Positions 11,998 through 24,402 are shown, counted from the first letter of the stretch. The stretch: DNA of 64,000 nt from Squalus acanthias (GCA_030390025.1 CM059432.1:29638001-29702000), one strand, 5' to 3'. The notes: generated by a model from the letters alone, not told the origin. Made by a program: numbers and translations.

Positions 11998-13696
11998 TGT
12001 AAGGGTTTTGACACGTGTGTGACACCGCCTGTGGCTCAGTGCTCAGCCTGGGTGCTAGTGCGAGGTTAGGCCTTGTTGCCTGTTCTGGTCTCCAGCCAGC
12101 CTGGGAGCACTAGACACCTGTGAGTGGTTCGACCCACTCGCCCTTACGGTTCTGACACTGGACTTAGATGCGAGAGCAATAATGGAGAGAAAACTCAGGT
12201 AGACCCGGTTGAATGGTACGAAATGGAAAATCTTTATTGCATATTATTCAAGATTACAAAATACATGTCATAAGCACAGATTAATGACAGTACAATCTTA
12301 CACGCAGTTATGTAACTAATTTTAGGGAAACGAGGAACGAACGACACATCGTAAATGGGGGCACACATTACAGTTATCCTTAAAACTTAAACCCTCCCCT
12401 ATCAATACCTGACCTTAACTAGATTTGTAGGATCGAGACTCATGCTCACCACTCGTGATAACTCGGAGAATTCCGAAAACTCTGCTCGGATGTTTTTACC
12501 GCAGCACCTGATCACCCACGTGTTGATCAGGGGTCTCCGTACCCCACTTGTTTACTCGTTTCTGCTCCGGCTAGCAGGCTGGACCGTCTGCTGTCATGAA
12601 GATCTGTGTTGTCCTCGGAGTTCCGACACGACTCGAAAAATAGTCTTCCTGTGCCCTCGCCCCGATGCGATAAAACTCGAAGAATGGTCTTCCTGTGCCC
12701 TCACGCCAGTTTGTAAAACTCAAAGAATAGTCTTCCTGGGCAAGGAAAATGTCTATTCGACCTACAGGCACGGTCGGGGCTTACTGACCGTGGCGATACA
12801 TATGGTCGTCTTCTTCTCTTCTCATCTCATCTCATCTCATCTCATCTCATCTCAGGCCTTCGGTTCCAACACCGTTTACCGACTTCTCGGGATGGTGTGC
12901 CCGTTTCAAGGCTTCACAGCCCGGTTCCACACAGATCTTCGCGGCAAGCCACGAGGCTGATCCTGGCGGATCAGAAAGTTCGATACAAGAGGCAGGAACA
13001 AGACGGCAAGCGAACCAGAGGATAAGAGTCAAGAGTCACGAGGCAGGCGGCAAGGAGTCAAGAGAGAGATGGACGGTTGGAGCTTACAGTTATAGTGCTG
13101 AAACTCCTCTTTTCCCGCCCAATCTTAATGTCTTTTCTTTTGTCAGAGTTTTGGCGCTCAAACTTCTTGTATAGGGTGATCTCCGTTTAATGGGTTTCGG
13201 GGATACTCGTAACTGCCTGAGTACCTGTTAATACTTTTCCCAATGTGTAACCGGTCAGTATTCTCCCTGGAGGGGTTTTGGGGCTTCCAAATGTTTTCTG
13301 TAACTACCCGCAAATGGCTCTCTCATCGTAGAGTCATGGGGATTTTGCATATTAATGTCTTTGGATGGGTTCTTGATCGCTTGGTACAATAGCCCTTATT
13401 CGCACCTGGGAGACCGATTCCAGTATTTATGTGTATACTGCAAACCCATAATGTCTTGTGTATTATCTCAAATGTGCTGAGTCTTGATCGATCTCGCACA
13501 AATGTTTATTGGAACGCCATCTTGTCTGCTTATCGAAAAGTCTAGAATGTTCTGCCACGAAGCGTGGCAGCCATTTTACAGGCTGCTTGTGTCCACTTTG
13601 AAAACCTGACAGCATTCTGCTGAAATAAAGCTGTTTGTACGAAACTATGTGTTTCCTCCTTATTTATAAAATCGCGATTATATTGCGAATTCTACA
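11998..13696 (-). mobile_element. Long (1.7 kb) solo LTR
   Basis: TGTAAG...TCTACA termini, perfect TSD ATGA (11994-11997, 13697-13700), CpG-rich. Orientation inferred from minus-strand AATAAA at 12233-12238 and TATA-like ~13089-13094. Confidence 0.8.
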
Positions 13697-13789
13697 ATGA
13701 GCAGATACAAAGGTCATCAAAAGTGGCAGAACAAGTAGATAAGGCCGTACTAAAGACATACAGAATCCTGAGTTTGTATTTAGAAGCAC

Positions 13790-15349
13790 GGGGGGAACTT
13801 TAACATCAAAGAGTGAGTGGGTTTGGGAGCGGGTGGGTAGTAAAATGCACTGAAATTGACAGCGTGTCGGGAAGCCAGCTCCAACCCGCCGACTTTCGCA
13901 TTTCACTGGCGCGCGTTCGGCAGCGTGCAAGAAACCTCCTCGGAAAGGTGAGTTACCAATTGAAAGCAATTAAGAGGTAGGTAAGACTTAGTTAAGAGGT
14001 CCCGCTGAGCAGAGTTTGGAGTGTCCTGTGCCCTCCGACGAGGACTCTCCACTGCTGTCCCTGTATCCACAAATCTGCTCTTGCTCACATGTGATCTGTG
14101 AGACACCAGGTGACAACACACCTATCTATCTTGAGGCTCTCACCGACGTGTGTTTATCTGCACTGGTGCATGGTGTGCAGGCATCCTGTGACCATGCACC
14201 CTCAGAGTTAGTGACCTCCTCTGAGGAGATGTCTTCCTCCTCCGGATCCACTGCCTGTGGGACACTTGATGGGCCTGTGGGAGATTAAAGACATGAATTA
14301 GAACAGTCATGGTAAGAATGTTTTAAGTTAACATTATGCACATGATCATATTTCACTGGCTGCTGGCATCAAGTCAACATGAGTGACTGTTGTATGCCAT
14401 GTGGATGTGTGATATTTAATACTGTCACCAGGTAGTTGGGAGCTCCTCGTCTCTCCATCTCCCACCGCCAGGAACGCCGACACTCCGCTTATCTCAGGTG
14501 CATCCGTCACTGCAGCTGTGAGTGTGGCGATGACTGGAGGGCCACCTCCGGTTCCCTGCCTCTCCCTGGTGTTCTGTGCTCTCTTCTCCTGCAAGGAGGT
14601 AATCAAGAGATCTTTGAGTGAGAGTCATGGAATGAGTGGAACAGATGGATGGACAACGTCTATTGAGGGTGACAATGAGTGAGAAGCGTGACGTTGCATT
14701 AAGATGAGGGTGAGTGTTAGTGGTAGATGGTCAGATGAGGTTGTGAGGAAGTGATGTGCAGGATTAGGCTTGGGAAGGCCGAGTGAGAGGGTTGGGGTGA
14801 CACACACATCAGGATGTAGTTGAATGTGCCATTGTACCTTTCCTGCCCTCATGAGGTCATTAAATCGCTTCCCTCACTGTATCCAGGAGTGTGGCTCCAC
14901 ACTCATGTTGCTAATCTCCTCTGCTATCTCTATCCATGCATTCTTCATCAGTGAGGCTGGCTTCTTCCTCCCATCAGTAGGGAATAAAACCTCCCTGCGG
15001 GCCCTTACACCTCGCAGCATGAGGTCCAGGGAGGCATCACTAAAGAGAGGGGCAGCTTTGGAACGCTGAGACTCCATTGTATGCAGCTAGCTATCTTTCT
15101 CCCACCTCACAATCCTTCAACTGGCTTCGTTGCAGTGTTCCTTTAAATACTTCAGCTGAAATAGACCCATGCGTATCATCCTCACGCCCGCTCACCCTAA
15201 TTGGTCGGGAAACCCGGAAGTCAGATGCAAATGTAGTGGCTGAGTCAAAAACCACTGACAGACGCGTTGCAACTACTTCCGGGTTTCCCGTGCGCTACCG
15301 GACCTCCCTCCACCCCGCTCCCAGCACATCGCCAGGTAAATATTCTGGC
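13790..15349 (-). mobile_element. Harbinger derivative carrying only a Myb/SANT gene, inserted in a CR1
   Basis: CR1 sequence resumes across the insertion (AGAAGCA|TAGAAT); contains the three-exon Myb pseudogene; left end resembles 57955-58090. Confidence 0.75.
14000..15077 (-). pseudogene. Harbinger Myb/SANT (MSANTD/NAIF1-like) DNA-binding protein pseudogene; exons 15077-14838, 14588-14429, 14274-~14000
   Basis: MESQRSKAAPLFSDASL...AWIEIAEEI...KRFNDL then EKRAQNTRERQGTGGGPP; GT/AG sites; in-frame stop at ~14874. Confidence 0.8.
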
Positions 15350-15382
15350 CATAGAATGCAAAAGCAAGAAGGTAACCTTGAA

Positions 15383-15943
15383 TAAAAACAGAAAATGCTG
15401 GCAATACTCAGCAGGTCAGGCAGCATCTGTGGAGAGAGAAACAGAGTTAACATTTCAGGTCGATGACCCTTCGTCAGAACTGGAAGAAGTTAGAGATATA
15501 ACAGGTTTTAAGCAAGTGGAGAGGCAGGGAAAGTGGGGAGGGGAGGAAAGAATAAAAAGGAAGGTCTGTGATAGGGTGGAAGGCAGGAGAGATTAAATGA
15601 CAAAAGGGATGATGGTGCAAGGCTGAAGGAGATGCAAAGGGACAATAAAAGAAACAAAAGATGGGTCTGGAGGAGGTGTAAATGGAAATAGCAGAATCAT
15701 GGGGGCCGAGGTTATGATCTGAAATTGTTGAACTCGATGTTGAGTCCAGAAGGCTGTAAAGTGCCTAAACGAAAGATGAGGTGCTGTTCCTCGAGCTTAC
15801 GTTGAGCTTCGTTGGAACAGTGTAAGAAGCCGAGGATGGTGAGGTCAGAGTGGGAGTGGAGCAGAGAATTAAAGTGACAGGCGGCCGGAAGCTCGGAGTC
15901 ACGGTTCCACAAAGTGGTCACCCAATCTGCATTTGGTGTCCCC
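15383..15943 (-). mobile_element. Penelope-like element 3' fragment (GIY-YIG C-terminus plus 3' repeat with hammerhead)
   Basis: HFNS...RKLEEQHLIFRLGTLQPSGLN; 14-bp TSD AAGGTAA(C/T)CTTGAA (15369-15382, 15944-15957) within a CR1. Confidence 0.85.
15445..15481 (-). ncRNA. Minimal type I hammerhead ribozyme motif (PLE-associated)
   Basis: AGTT-CTGACGA-A-GGGTC/ATC/GACCT-GAAA-TG-TT-AACT. Confidence 0.7.
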
Positions 15944-16250
15944 AAGGTAATCTTGAACTTGTACAACACCTTAGTTAGGCTACAGTTGAAGTATTGTGCA
16001 CAGTTCTGGTAACAGCGATGGAAAAGGTGCTGCATAGATTCATTAGGATGTCACCCAGGTTGAGGCATTACAGTTATGAAAAAAGACTTGAGAAGTTACG
16101 TCTTTTTTCACTAGAGCTGGGGATGTTACGGGGTGACTTAATAGAGGTCTTCAAGATTATGAAGGGTTATGATAAGGTAAATAGTGATAGTTTGATTCTA
16201 CTAGTCAGGTAACAAGAGGGTACAAATTTAAGAAAATCAGAAAAAGAATT
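15944..16250 (+). mobile_element. CR1 fragment, continuing 13700-13789 and 15350-15382
   Basis: LYNTLVRLQLKYCAQFW, RGDLIEVFKIM. Confidence 0.8.
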
Positions 16251-16385
16251 AAGGCTAGAAATTGCCAAGGCAGCATCCTGGAATTGGATCTGGGGCAGAG
16301 AGGAACTTCCATCCATCCATTAATGAACCCTTGACCCTGTCCCAAATCATGGGGTTAGGAGCATTAGCATATGTTGGGCAGGCAC

Positions 16386-17051
16386 TGTTAGAGTTCAAGA
16401 TCGAGAGATAGTGAAGGATTCCATTTTGTACAAAAAGAATCCATTTTTATTAGGTTCCATTTTATATTAGCTCGATAGTTAAAAACATAAAATTAAAAGA
16501 CTACAAATGTACAGTGTCTGTACAGAGGTCAGAGCAGCCTATTTTCTAGGCCAGGTTACGCATTGTTTACATTTAGTAATTAAGTTATTTGTAACTAACC
16601 ATAATAATACATTCTATGCGTTGCTAACCCGAAACACAGGACCATAGACGCCAGAAAGAAAGCCTTGAGGGATAGATGTTTAGAAAGCGTGGGACATTTT
16701 GATGGAGACTGGTACAAGTTATTACCGCAAAATGTGTGTAAAGGGTTATGGAATGCAGAGACCTATGGTTTAGTGCAAATAGAAACAGTATAAATGGGTT
16801 AAGATCATAGCCATAAGTTGGAAGAAATCAGAAGGAGAAAGAGAGAGAGAGCAAGTTGAGCTCAATTCGCTGTAACGTGCAATCTTCTGGGCAGCATCTT
16901 ATGTAATCTTGGTGTTGGCTGTGGGAATATCTGTTCATTCAATCCTTAATAAACCTCCAAATGTTTGACTCCATGTTCTGAACTCATTCTTGGCACATAG
17001 GCACAGGACTGCAGCCTTTGTCCATATTATTACAAAAATATATTCCCAACA
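16386..17051 (+). mobile_element. Solo LTR
   Basis: TGTT...AACA termini, TSD GCAC/GCGC (one CpG-type change), TATAAA at ~16788, AATAAA at ~16948. Confidence 0.7.
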
Positions 17052-17491
17052 GCGCCCAGTGTCATCTTCAGCATTACTGAGGAACCCACCTTGTTGGTGA
17101 GTTGGGGTGGGGGAGGGGTGGGTGGGGAGGGGAGGTGGGTGGAGGGGATGTTACAGCATTAAAATATTTGAATGCTATAATTTCAAAATGTTCCACTTGC
17201 CCAATGACAATCGATCACCCTGCAACCCTTTGCCATAGAAAAATCAGCCCTTTGAAATAACACTCGTGATCCTTCTTTGTACAGGCGTACATAGCACAGG
17301 AAAAAAGGGAGGTGGGGCTGACAGAAATTGTGGTGTGTGCCATCATCCCACCAGTCGCAACCCTGTTTGTGATGTTCGCACAGAAGGCAGCAGACACAAG
17401 AAGTCCTGCAGAAACTTGCTATGATTTTATGAGACGGAGGTTATTCGGCCCATCGCCACTGGGCTGCTCTGTTAAGGAGGGAGTTGACATT

Positions 17492-17715
17492 AAATAAAAA
17501 CAGAACATTTTGGAAACACCCAGCAGGTCAGGCAGCATCTGCAGAGAAAGGAAGGTAGGGTTAACGTTTCAGGTCGATGACCATTCATCAGTACCGGGAG
17601 CTGTTACAGATGAAGAGTTTATATGGAGGAACAGAGCCAGGGAAAAGGGGTCAGGGAGAGAAAAAGAGAATGGTGTGTGATTAGGTGGAGGATAGGAGAT
17701 GATTAAATGACAGCG
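17492..17715 (-). mobile_element. Penelope-like 3' repeat fragment with hammerhead motif at 17559-17595
   Basis: Homologous to 15383-15610; minus strand CTGATGA-A-TGGTCATCGACCT-GAAACGTT. Confidence 0.75.
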
Positions 17716-18864
17716 AGACCCATTCTTTAAAATAGTGTCCTGGTAACAGGATTCACTGTATGTTTAATCCATGGGACCGCTGCTGCTATTGGATACAGGT
17801 TAACATTTAGCAGTAAAGATTGATTTTAAAAAAGCAAATCAGCAGATTCGACACACAAATGGTTTTAAATCAATGCAGATTGGAGCCACGTGAATGGGCA
17901 TGTGGCAGTGTCTCTCCAAACTGTAAGGAATGTGCAGTGTGCACTAGTTAAGACATGCACTGGATCAAATTACCAATATGTATTGCTGAATATCATTGAC
18001 CTTGAATATAAACCTGTTTTTAAAAAAACCAAACTAGATTGAATCAGTGCTGATTCTGCTTTTAGCAACTGCTGTAATTATTCAGACCTTCTAAACCATC
18101 CTCACTTCAAGGGTGACGCTCTCAATTTGAAACACAAGGGGTAGAAATTGGACTTTCTTGTGTCCGTTTTATGGGTGTGAAAATAGGCGCAACGAGGGCC
18201 AATTCCGAAGACCAACATCCCACGTTCAAAAAACACATGAAAAACGACCGACCCGATATTGGGTTGGGAAATTTTTCAGGCGTCCCTGGAAGCCACATAA
18301 AAGAGGCATTAGTCGCCTTGCATATGTAAATGAGGGGCCTAATGGCTGTTTTAGGCCCCCTTGCATAAATTTGATATCGGAGCAGGAGACGGGCATGTGC
18401 CACTCGGAATTCTTAAGCGATCGCTGGCTGACTGCCATCAAAAGGTTTTGAAAAAATTAACTTGTTGCTGTGGAGCCTGGAGGAGCAGGAGGACTTCAAA
18501 GAAAGTAAAAATCTGGAGAGATGTAAAACGGGCTGCCGATTTGCTATCACCCATTTTACACCATTGCACAAAATCAAAATGACCCTCGGAGTGTGTAAAG
18601 AACCAAAGATGGATTGGTAGAAAGGGAAGCAAGAAATATCAGCAAGGCAGAGCAGGCTCCTTTGGCCCAGGGACCCACATGGGGCGGCTGGAGAAGGCTG
18701 TTCACTTGGTGGAAAATAAAATCCAAGCCAGAATAGAAAAGATTTTCAGCAATTTGGAACGACCTGTAATGCTGACCAGCAAAGAGCCTTCAAACAGAAG
18801 GCAGAAAGCCAAACTCTGAGGGGATCAGCTGAAATAATGGAAGAAAAAACTAGGTCGACACCTT

Positions 18865-19560
18865 GGGGGGAATTTTAACCCCAAAAAACAGTGTGTTGGG
18901 GTCGGGTGGGAGGTTAAAGAGGTAAAAAAACTGAATCCTGACCCCAACCTGCCACCAACCCACCTACTTTCGGTTTTAGCGGAGGCCTGGACAGGGGCGG
19001 GGTGGTGTGCGGGCAGCCAATTTATATTTAAATATTATAATGAGGCTGGCATACCTCATGGTGATCCACCATTTCAAATTTAACTCTCGCTGGCTGGGTT
19101 TCCCTGGCCTTGGGGATCCCGCCAGCTAAAGGGAGGCGAAGACTTCTGGATCCTGGAGGTAAGTGCCTTTCCACTTACCTGCTGGATCAAGCGTCCCTGC
19201 CTCACTCACCACCCCACGATCGAACCCCTCACCCCCGACCTTTTCAATCTTTCCCGACCTCCCCCCTCTGGACTCTGACCTCCCCGCTCTGGACTTCAAC
19301 CTCCCCCTTCCGGCTCCCGATCTTTCTCCGGCTCCCAACCACCCCCCTGATGCTCCTCTGGCCTGCCCCCTCCGGGCCCGATCATCCTCCGGCTCCCGAC
19401 CATAGCCTCCCCCCCTGCCCGATGCTCCTCCAGCCCCGATCATCCTCCGGCTCCTGACCACCCTAGCCCCCCCCCGATGCTCCTCTGGCCCCAATCGTCC
19501 TCCAGCCCCCAACCAACCCCCACCCCTGATGTTCCTCCGGGCCCAATCATCCTCCAGACA
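18865..19560. mobile_element. Harbinger-type MITE fragment with C-rich degenerate internal tandem repeats; related inverted copy at ~24970-25600
   Basis: GGGGGGAATTTTAAC terminus and subterminal GGGTCGGGTGGGAGGTTAAA shared with 25440-25597; CCCGATCATCCTCCGG-type repeats. Confidence 0.5.
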
Positions 19561-21353
19561 AGACAATGGTGACGTTGACTGAGACAGACAATGTTGTTCT
19601 CTTGGTGGATGTCAGCTGTAGGTCTTCAACTGGTTGCTGGCATATCTCCCAATAGCCTCCAGGAGGAGCACAGCCATCTGAGGTGATGACCAACAGAGCA
19701 AGATATTCTTGAGGCCTATCTGCAGTTAGAGAACTGACACTTTCTATGATGCCTCACTTTAAGAAGCTTCCAAGCTAGCCCATTCCATCTACTCATCCTT
19801 CTCCTCTTAATAACATAGGAATAGTGGGATTCTCAGTAAGACATCTATGTTCCCAATGCAAAACTGTACTTTCTGCAGAGCTGCCTAAACAGGGCCATAA
19901 AAGTCCTGACAAACCCTCCAGCGCATCAAACATCAAAAATCGATATACAGGCAAAGTGGAAGCGCACAAAAGGGTCTACTCAATGCAGTTTCTACCTCAG
20001 GGATACTACTCTGCGGCTCATACCATCATTTATATAGTAGTGGTAATAATTTGGATTGGGTTTGGGGTGGAAGTTGAGGGAAATGGAGTGGCAGGAGTTA
20101 GCCATACCTAATTGACCTCATTTAAATGTGGCGGGCACTGTAGGGGAATGGCACCATTTCTGAAAGTGAATTCTGGTAGAGTTTTTAACCAGCATAATTG
20201 AGACAAGGAGAGGCAGGAATACAAATATGTGGATGAAATTGAGAGATGTAGCAGCAAGGAAGCGTCAGGTAGTTAGTGGAAGGATGGCATTTCCCCACAT
20301 GATGAGAGGAAAAAAGATCCTCAGATGAGATAAGCTTAGCCATTTTCACACACTTCCTATGATGTGATTATAAAATGACTTTGGCAGAGAACTGGGACCT
20401 TTCTGGGATGGTACCACATGATGTGATGCATTTCCAAATACCAGCAAAAGTGGCTAACTTGAGTTTCTGGCGATGCCCATTAATTGGGCTTTGCTGAGTC
20501 TTAAACATGGGCACTTGGAATACAAAGTAGAATTTCTAAATTTGCTGATGACACCAAACTTGGGGGTGTGGCAAACAGTGAGGATGATACCAATCGACTG
20601 CAACAGGACATGGAAAGGCTAGTAGAATGGGCAGACAAGTGGTGAGGACCTGGAACTCGCTGCCGACGGAAGTGGTGGAAGCGGACACACTCAATGTTTT
20701 CAAGGGGAGACTGGATAGGCACTTGAGGGAAATAAACTTACAGGGCTACAGGGATAGAGCGGGGGAATGGAACTGACTGGATTACTCTGCAGGGAGCCGG
20801 CACGGACTCGGTGGGCCAAATGGCCTCCTTCTGTGCCATTATGACTCTATGACTTAAATCCCTGTCATATATGAAAGATTTATCATACAGTAAAAAAAAC
20901 ACAGTGCGGCTTTGAATTACATACATTTAGTACTCAGACACTCTAGTGATTTAATAAGTCTTTTCTTGGTTAAACACAAATATGTAATGAGGGACGTTCA
21001 TTGGGAATATCCTGCAGACATTTTCTAATTAGGGCTCAGTCCTCTACAGGGCAGTAACACATTCCAAGTTGTCGCTACAGTGCTTTGTTTTCCCTACGCA
21101 GCAGTAACTGTAGTTTCGGTAGTTAAAAAGTAATTAGCTGAGGATTCTGCAAATATCAGTCACAGATTGGAAATTGTATTAACTCTCTGAGGACTGCAGT
21201 AACATTCTTGCACAGTCAGAGGAAACATTCTAATGATTCTGAACTCAAGCAATGTTTTAAGTTAACTCACTCGATGGTTGAATGCATCATCTTGTATGGT
21301 GCTGATCCTCACAGACAAGAAAGGTCCCAAGTTCGATCCGTAGTGGATTAGCC

Positions 21354-21795
21354 ACGGCTCAGTGGTAGCACTCTCACCTCCTGAGTTAGAAGGTCGTGGG
21401 CTTAAGTCCCACACCAGAGACTTGAGCACAAAATCTAGGGTGACACTTCAGCACAGTACTGAGGGAGTGTTGCACTGTCAGAGGTGCCATCTTTTGGATG
21501 AGACGTTAAACCGAGGCCCCACCTGCCCTCTCAGGTGGGCGTGAAAGATCACATGGCACTATTTTGTAGAAAAGCAGGCGAGTTTTCCCCAGTGTCCTGG
21601 TCAATATTTATCCCTCAGCCAACATCATTATAACAGATTATCTGGACATTGCCACAATGCTGTTTGTGATACCTCATTGTGTGCAAGTTGGCTGTCACGT
21701 TTCCTATATTGCAACACTTCAAAAGTACTTCATTGGCTGTAAAGTGCTTTGGGATGTTCTGAGGTCAATATATAAATGCAAGATCTTTTTCTTTC
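21354..21795 (+). mobile_element. DeuSINE (SacSINE1/AmnSINE1-like); further copies at ~38925-39395(+), 43620-43990(-), 55413-55862(+), 56455-56910(-), 60180-60390(-), 61700-62040(-)
   Basis: tRNA head GGCTCAGTGGTAGCACTCT; Deu-domain GATGAGACGTTAAACCGAGG..TCAGGTGG.CGT.AAAGATC.CATGGCACTATT; tail TATATAAATGCAAG. Confidence 0.8.
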
Positions 21796-22402
21796 TATTA
21801 GCTGATCTCTTCTGGGGTTATGGTAAGATCACAACAATTCCCATCTGTGGGTATTAAGTGAGGGCAGGATTGGGCTTTGCTGTGGTGCCTCCTATGGTAA
21901 AATAGCCCATCAATATTCCCTGTCAAGGGTAGCACTTGGGTGAAGCAGTGAGGTTTTCAAGAACCTGTGGCACAGTCCCCCACCAAGAATATGACAGGGA
22001 CAAGGTACCTCTTTGTACCCTCTCCCCACCCACAGTGTCAGGCTAACTTTGTGATAGGAAAGACGCTGAGTGTATGAGACAGAATGATTTGAGGAGATGT
22101 AGCATCAAGGGCAATTCAGGTGGTTCCCCATAGGGTTAGAAGAAAAAACTTTGTCAGATAAGATAAGCTGAGCCATTTTACATATTTCCTATTACTTGGC
22201 AATAAAATGATACTCGTAGAGATCTTGAATGAGTCATTAGCCCAACACGGACTGTCCATGCTCAGGGTGAGGTCCGACGGCAAGTACTTTGGCGGGTAAG
22301 GTCATACAGGAATATACGTCAGGGGTGAGGGACTGTCAATGCTTAGGGTCAGGGACTGTTCAGGGACGATTGGGGTGTAAATAAGAAGTTTATAGGGGGT
22401 TA

Positions 22403-22599
22403 TGGACTGTCCATGGTTGGGGTGTAGATAGGAAGTGTATCGAGGTTAGGGACTGTCCATGGTTGGGGTGTAGATAGGAAGTGTATCGAGGTTAGGGACT
22501 GTCCATGGTTGGGGTGTAGATAGGAAGTGTATCGAGGTTAGGGACTGTCCATGGTTGGGGTGTAGATAAGAAGTGTATCGAGGTTAGGGACTGTCCATA
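22403..22599. repeat. 46-bp minisatellite, ~4.3 near-perfect copies
   Basis: Unit GGGACTGTCCATGGTTGGGGTGTAGATAGGAAGTGTATCGAGGTTA; degenerate units upstream to ~22249. Confidence 0.95.
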
Positions 22600-23807
22600 G
22601 TGTTCAATTTCCCTTACCTTGCTCTGACAATTAACTGCCTAAACCAGCATTGAAACACGATCCTGCAGAGGCAACCCAAACTGAGCCCAAATTGGAAAAC
22701 GAAAACAACAGAATTTGGACCATTTGGGACTGATATTTATTAAAGAATGTCATACCAAGCATACATTTTTCCATATTGTGTATTTTCTAGTCCCATAGTG
22801 AGAGATGCACACTGGGAAGAATCACAAATACAAATGTCTTTGCAGTTGCTATTATGGAGCACCTACCGTTTCCCCAAGGTTTAATACATACTCCAAAAAT
22901 ACTGTGTTTAATAAGTGATGCTTAATTTAGGATTTAAAGTTCTCTATACAAGAGAAAGATTCTGGTACATTATCCTCAGAGGGAAGCTTAGAGCCAATGT
23001 TGGTGAGAAGGCTGAACCATCATTCTAGATCAAAGCTTCAATAATCCATTTGTGGATGGCTGGACCGCTAATCCAGGACACTGGAAAGTCCTTTGGCAGA
23101 AGCCTAAAAGACCTCATCAGTAGGGACATTGTTCTGGAGGTTCATCTAATACATTTACTTGTTTGATTGGCAAAAGGGAGTAGAGGTGGTATTGCACAAT
23201 TACAGAATGCCAGTACGACCAGCAGTATCTGGGATGTATTTTAGATTGTGCGTGTGTTGGGGAGGGAACAGAATGCATGAGAAGTCAGCTTTAGTCCTGG
23301 CTTTGATAGTCATTGAACCCAACGCACCCCACAGAAGAGCCACAGCTTCAGATGTGCTATCAAATCATACAGGGGCTGATATTCCGTAAGGGGATCTGTC
23401 GGTCTCCCACCGCAATTCTGGCAGGAGACTGGCAGAACCCCCCGGGAAATGGTTACACCGGGTATTCCCCAATTCTAGGAGTTTCTTCATTGTCTTACAA
23501 GGGGGGAACTGCCGTCTGCCTCTTACAAGACAAATGACAAGCAGAGCGTGTTTCCACTCCTGCCCCACCGTTTGTGTGGTAGCCATTATGCCGAGCGAGT
23601 GAAGGCATTCCATTATTCACAAGTTTTTTGTGGGCCCCATCAGTAGGGTAAAGGCCAGGCAAATGGAAAAAGGGAATTTTTTTTTCTCGAAAATTTATGC
23701 TCAGAGGGCCAAGGAGGCAATTAGGTTTGTAGTGGGTGCAGGGGGAGGGGCAATAGTGGACAACCTTCCCCCAATGTCCTGCTACGCTCAAGACAAATGA
23801 ATTTCAG

Positions 23808-24402
23808 GAATGGGTGAGGTTATGCTACAACTGTACAGGACCTTGGTGAGACCACATTTGGAATATTGTGTGCAGTTCTGGTCACCTCACTATAGGAAGG
23901 ACGTGGAAGCATTGGAAAGAGTGCAAAGGAGATTTACCAGGATGCTGCCTCGTTTGGGGGGGAGGTCTTATGAGGAAAGATTGAGGGAGTTAGGGCTTTT
24001 CTCTTTAGAGCGGAGGAGGATGAGAGGCGACTTAATAGAGGTTTATAAGATGATGAGGGGGATAGATAGAGTGGATGTTCAGAGACTATTTCCTCGGGTG
24101 GAGGTAGCTGTTACAAGGGGGCATAACTATAAGGTGCATGGGGGGAGATATAGAAGGGATGTCCGAGGTAGATTCTTTACTCAGAGAGTGGTTGGGGTGT
24201 GGAATGGACTGCCTGCTGTGATAGTGGAGTCGGACACTTTAGGAACTTCAAGCGGTTATTGGATAAGCACATGGAGCACACCAGAATGATAGGGAGTGTG
24301 ATAGCTTGATCTTGGTTTCGGACAATGCTCGGCACAACATCGAGGGCTGAAGGGCCTGTACTGTGCTGTACTGTTCTATGTACTGTTCTATGTACTGTTC
24401 TA
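23808..24402 (+). mobile_element. CR1 LINE 3' fragment
   Basis: ORF 23810-24289 (LYRTLVRPHLEYCVQFWSP...FFTQRVV) and (TGTACTGTTCTA)n tail. Confidence 0.9.

Noticed and set aside
12442..12960. 172-aa ORF in the long LTR as a viral accessory gene
   Set aside because: Antisense to the inferred LTR orientation, includes repeat-derived low complexity, no recognisable motif
19110..19566. Pro-rich and Gly/Arg-rich ORFs (also 24880-25304)
   Set aside because: Artefacts of C-rich tandem repeats inside MITEs
21354..21420. tRNA gene
   Set aside because: tRNA-derived SINE head continuing into the Deu domain; no complete cloverleaf
22403..22599. CRISPR-like regular repeats
   Set aside because: No unique spacers and a eukaryotic context; plain minisatellite
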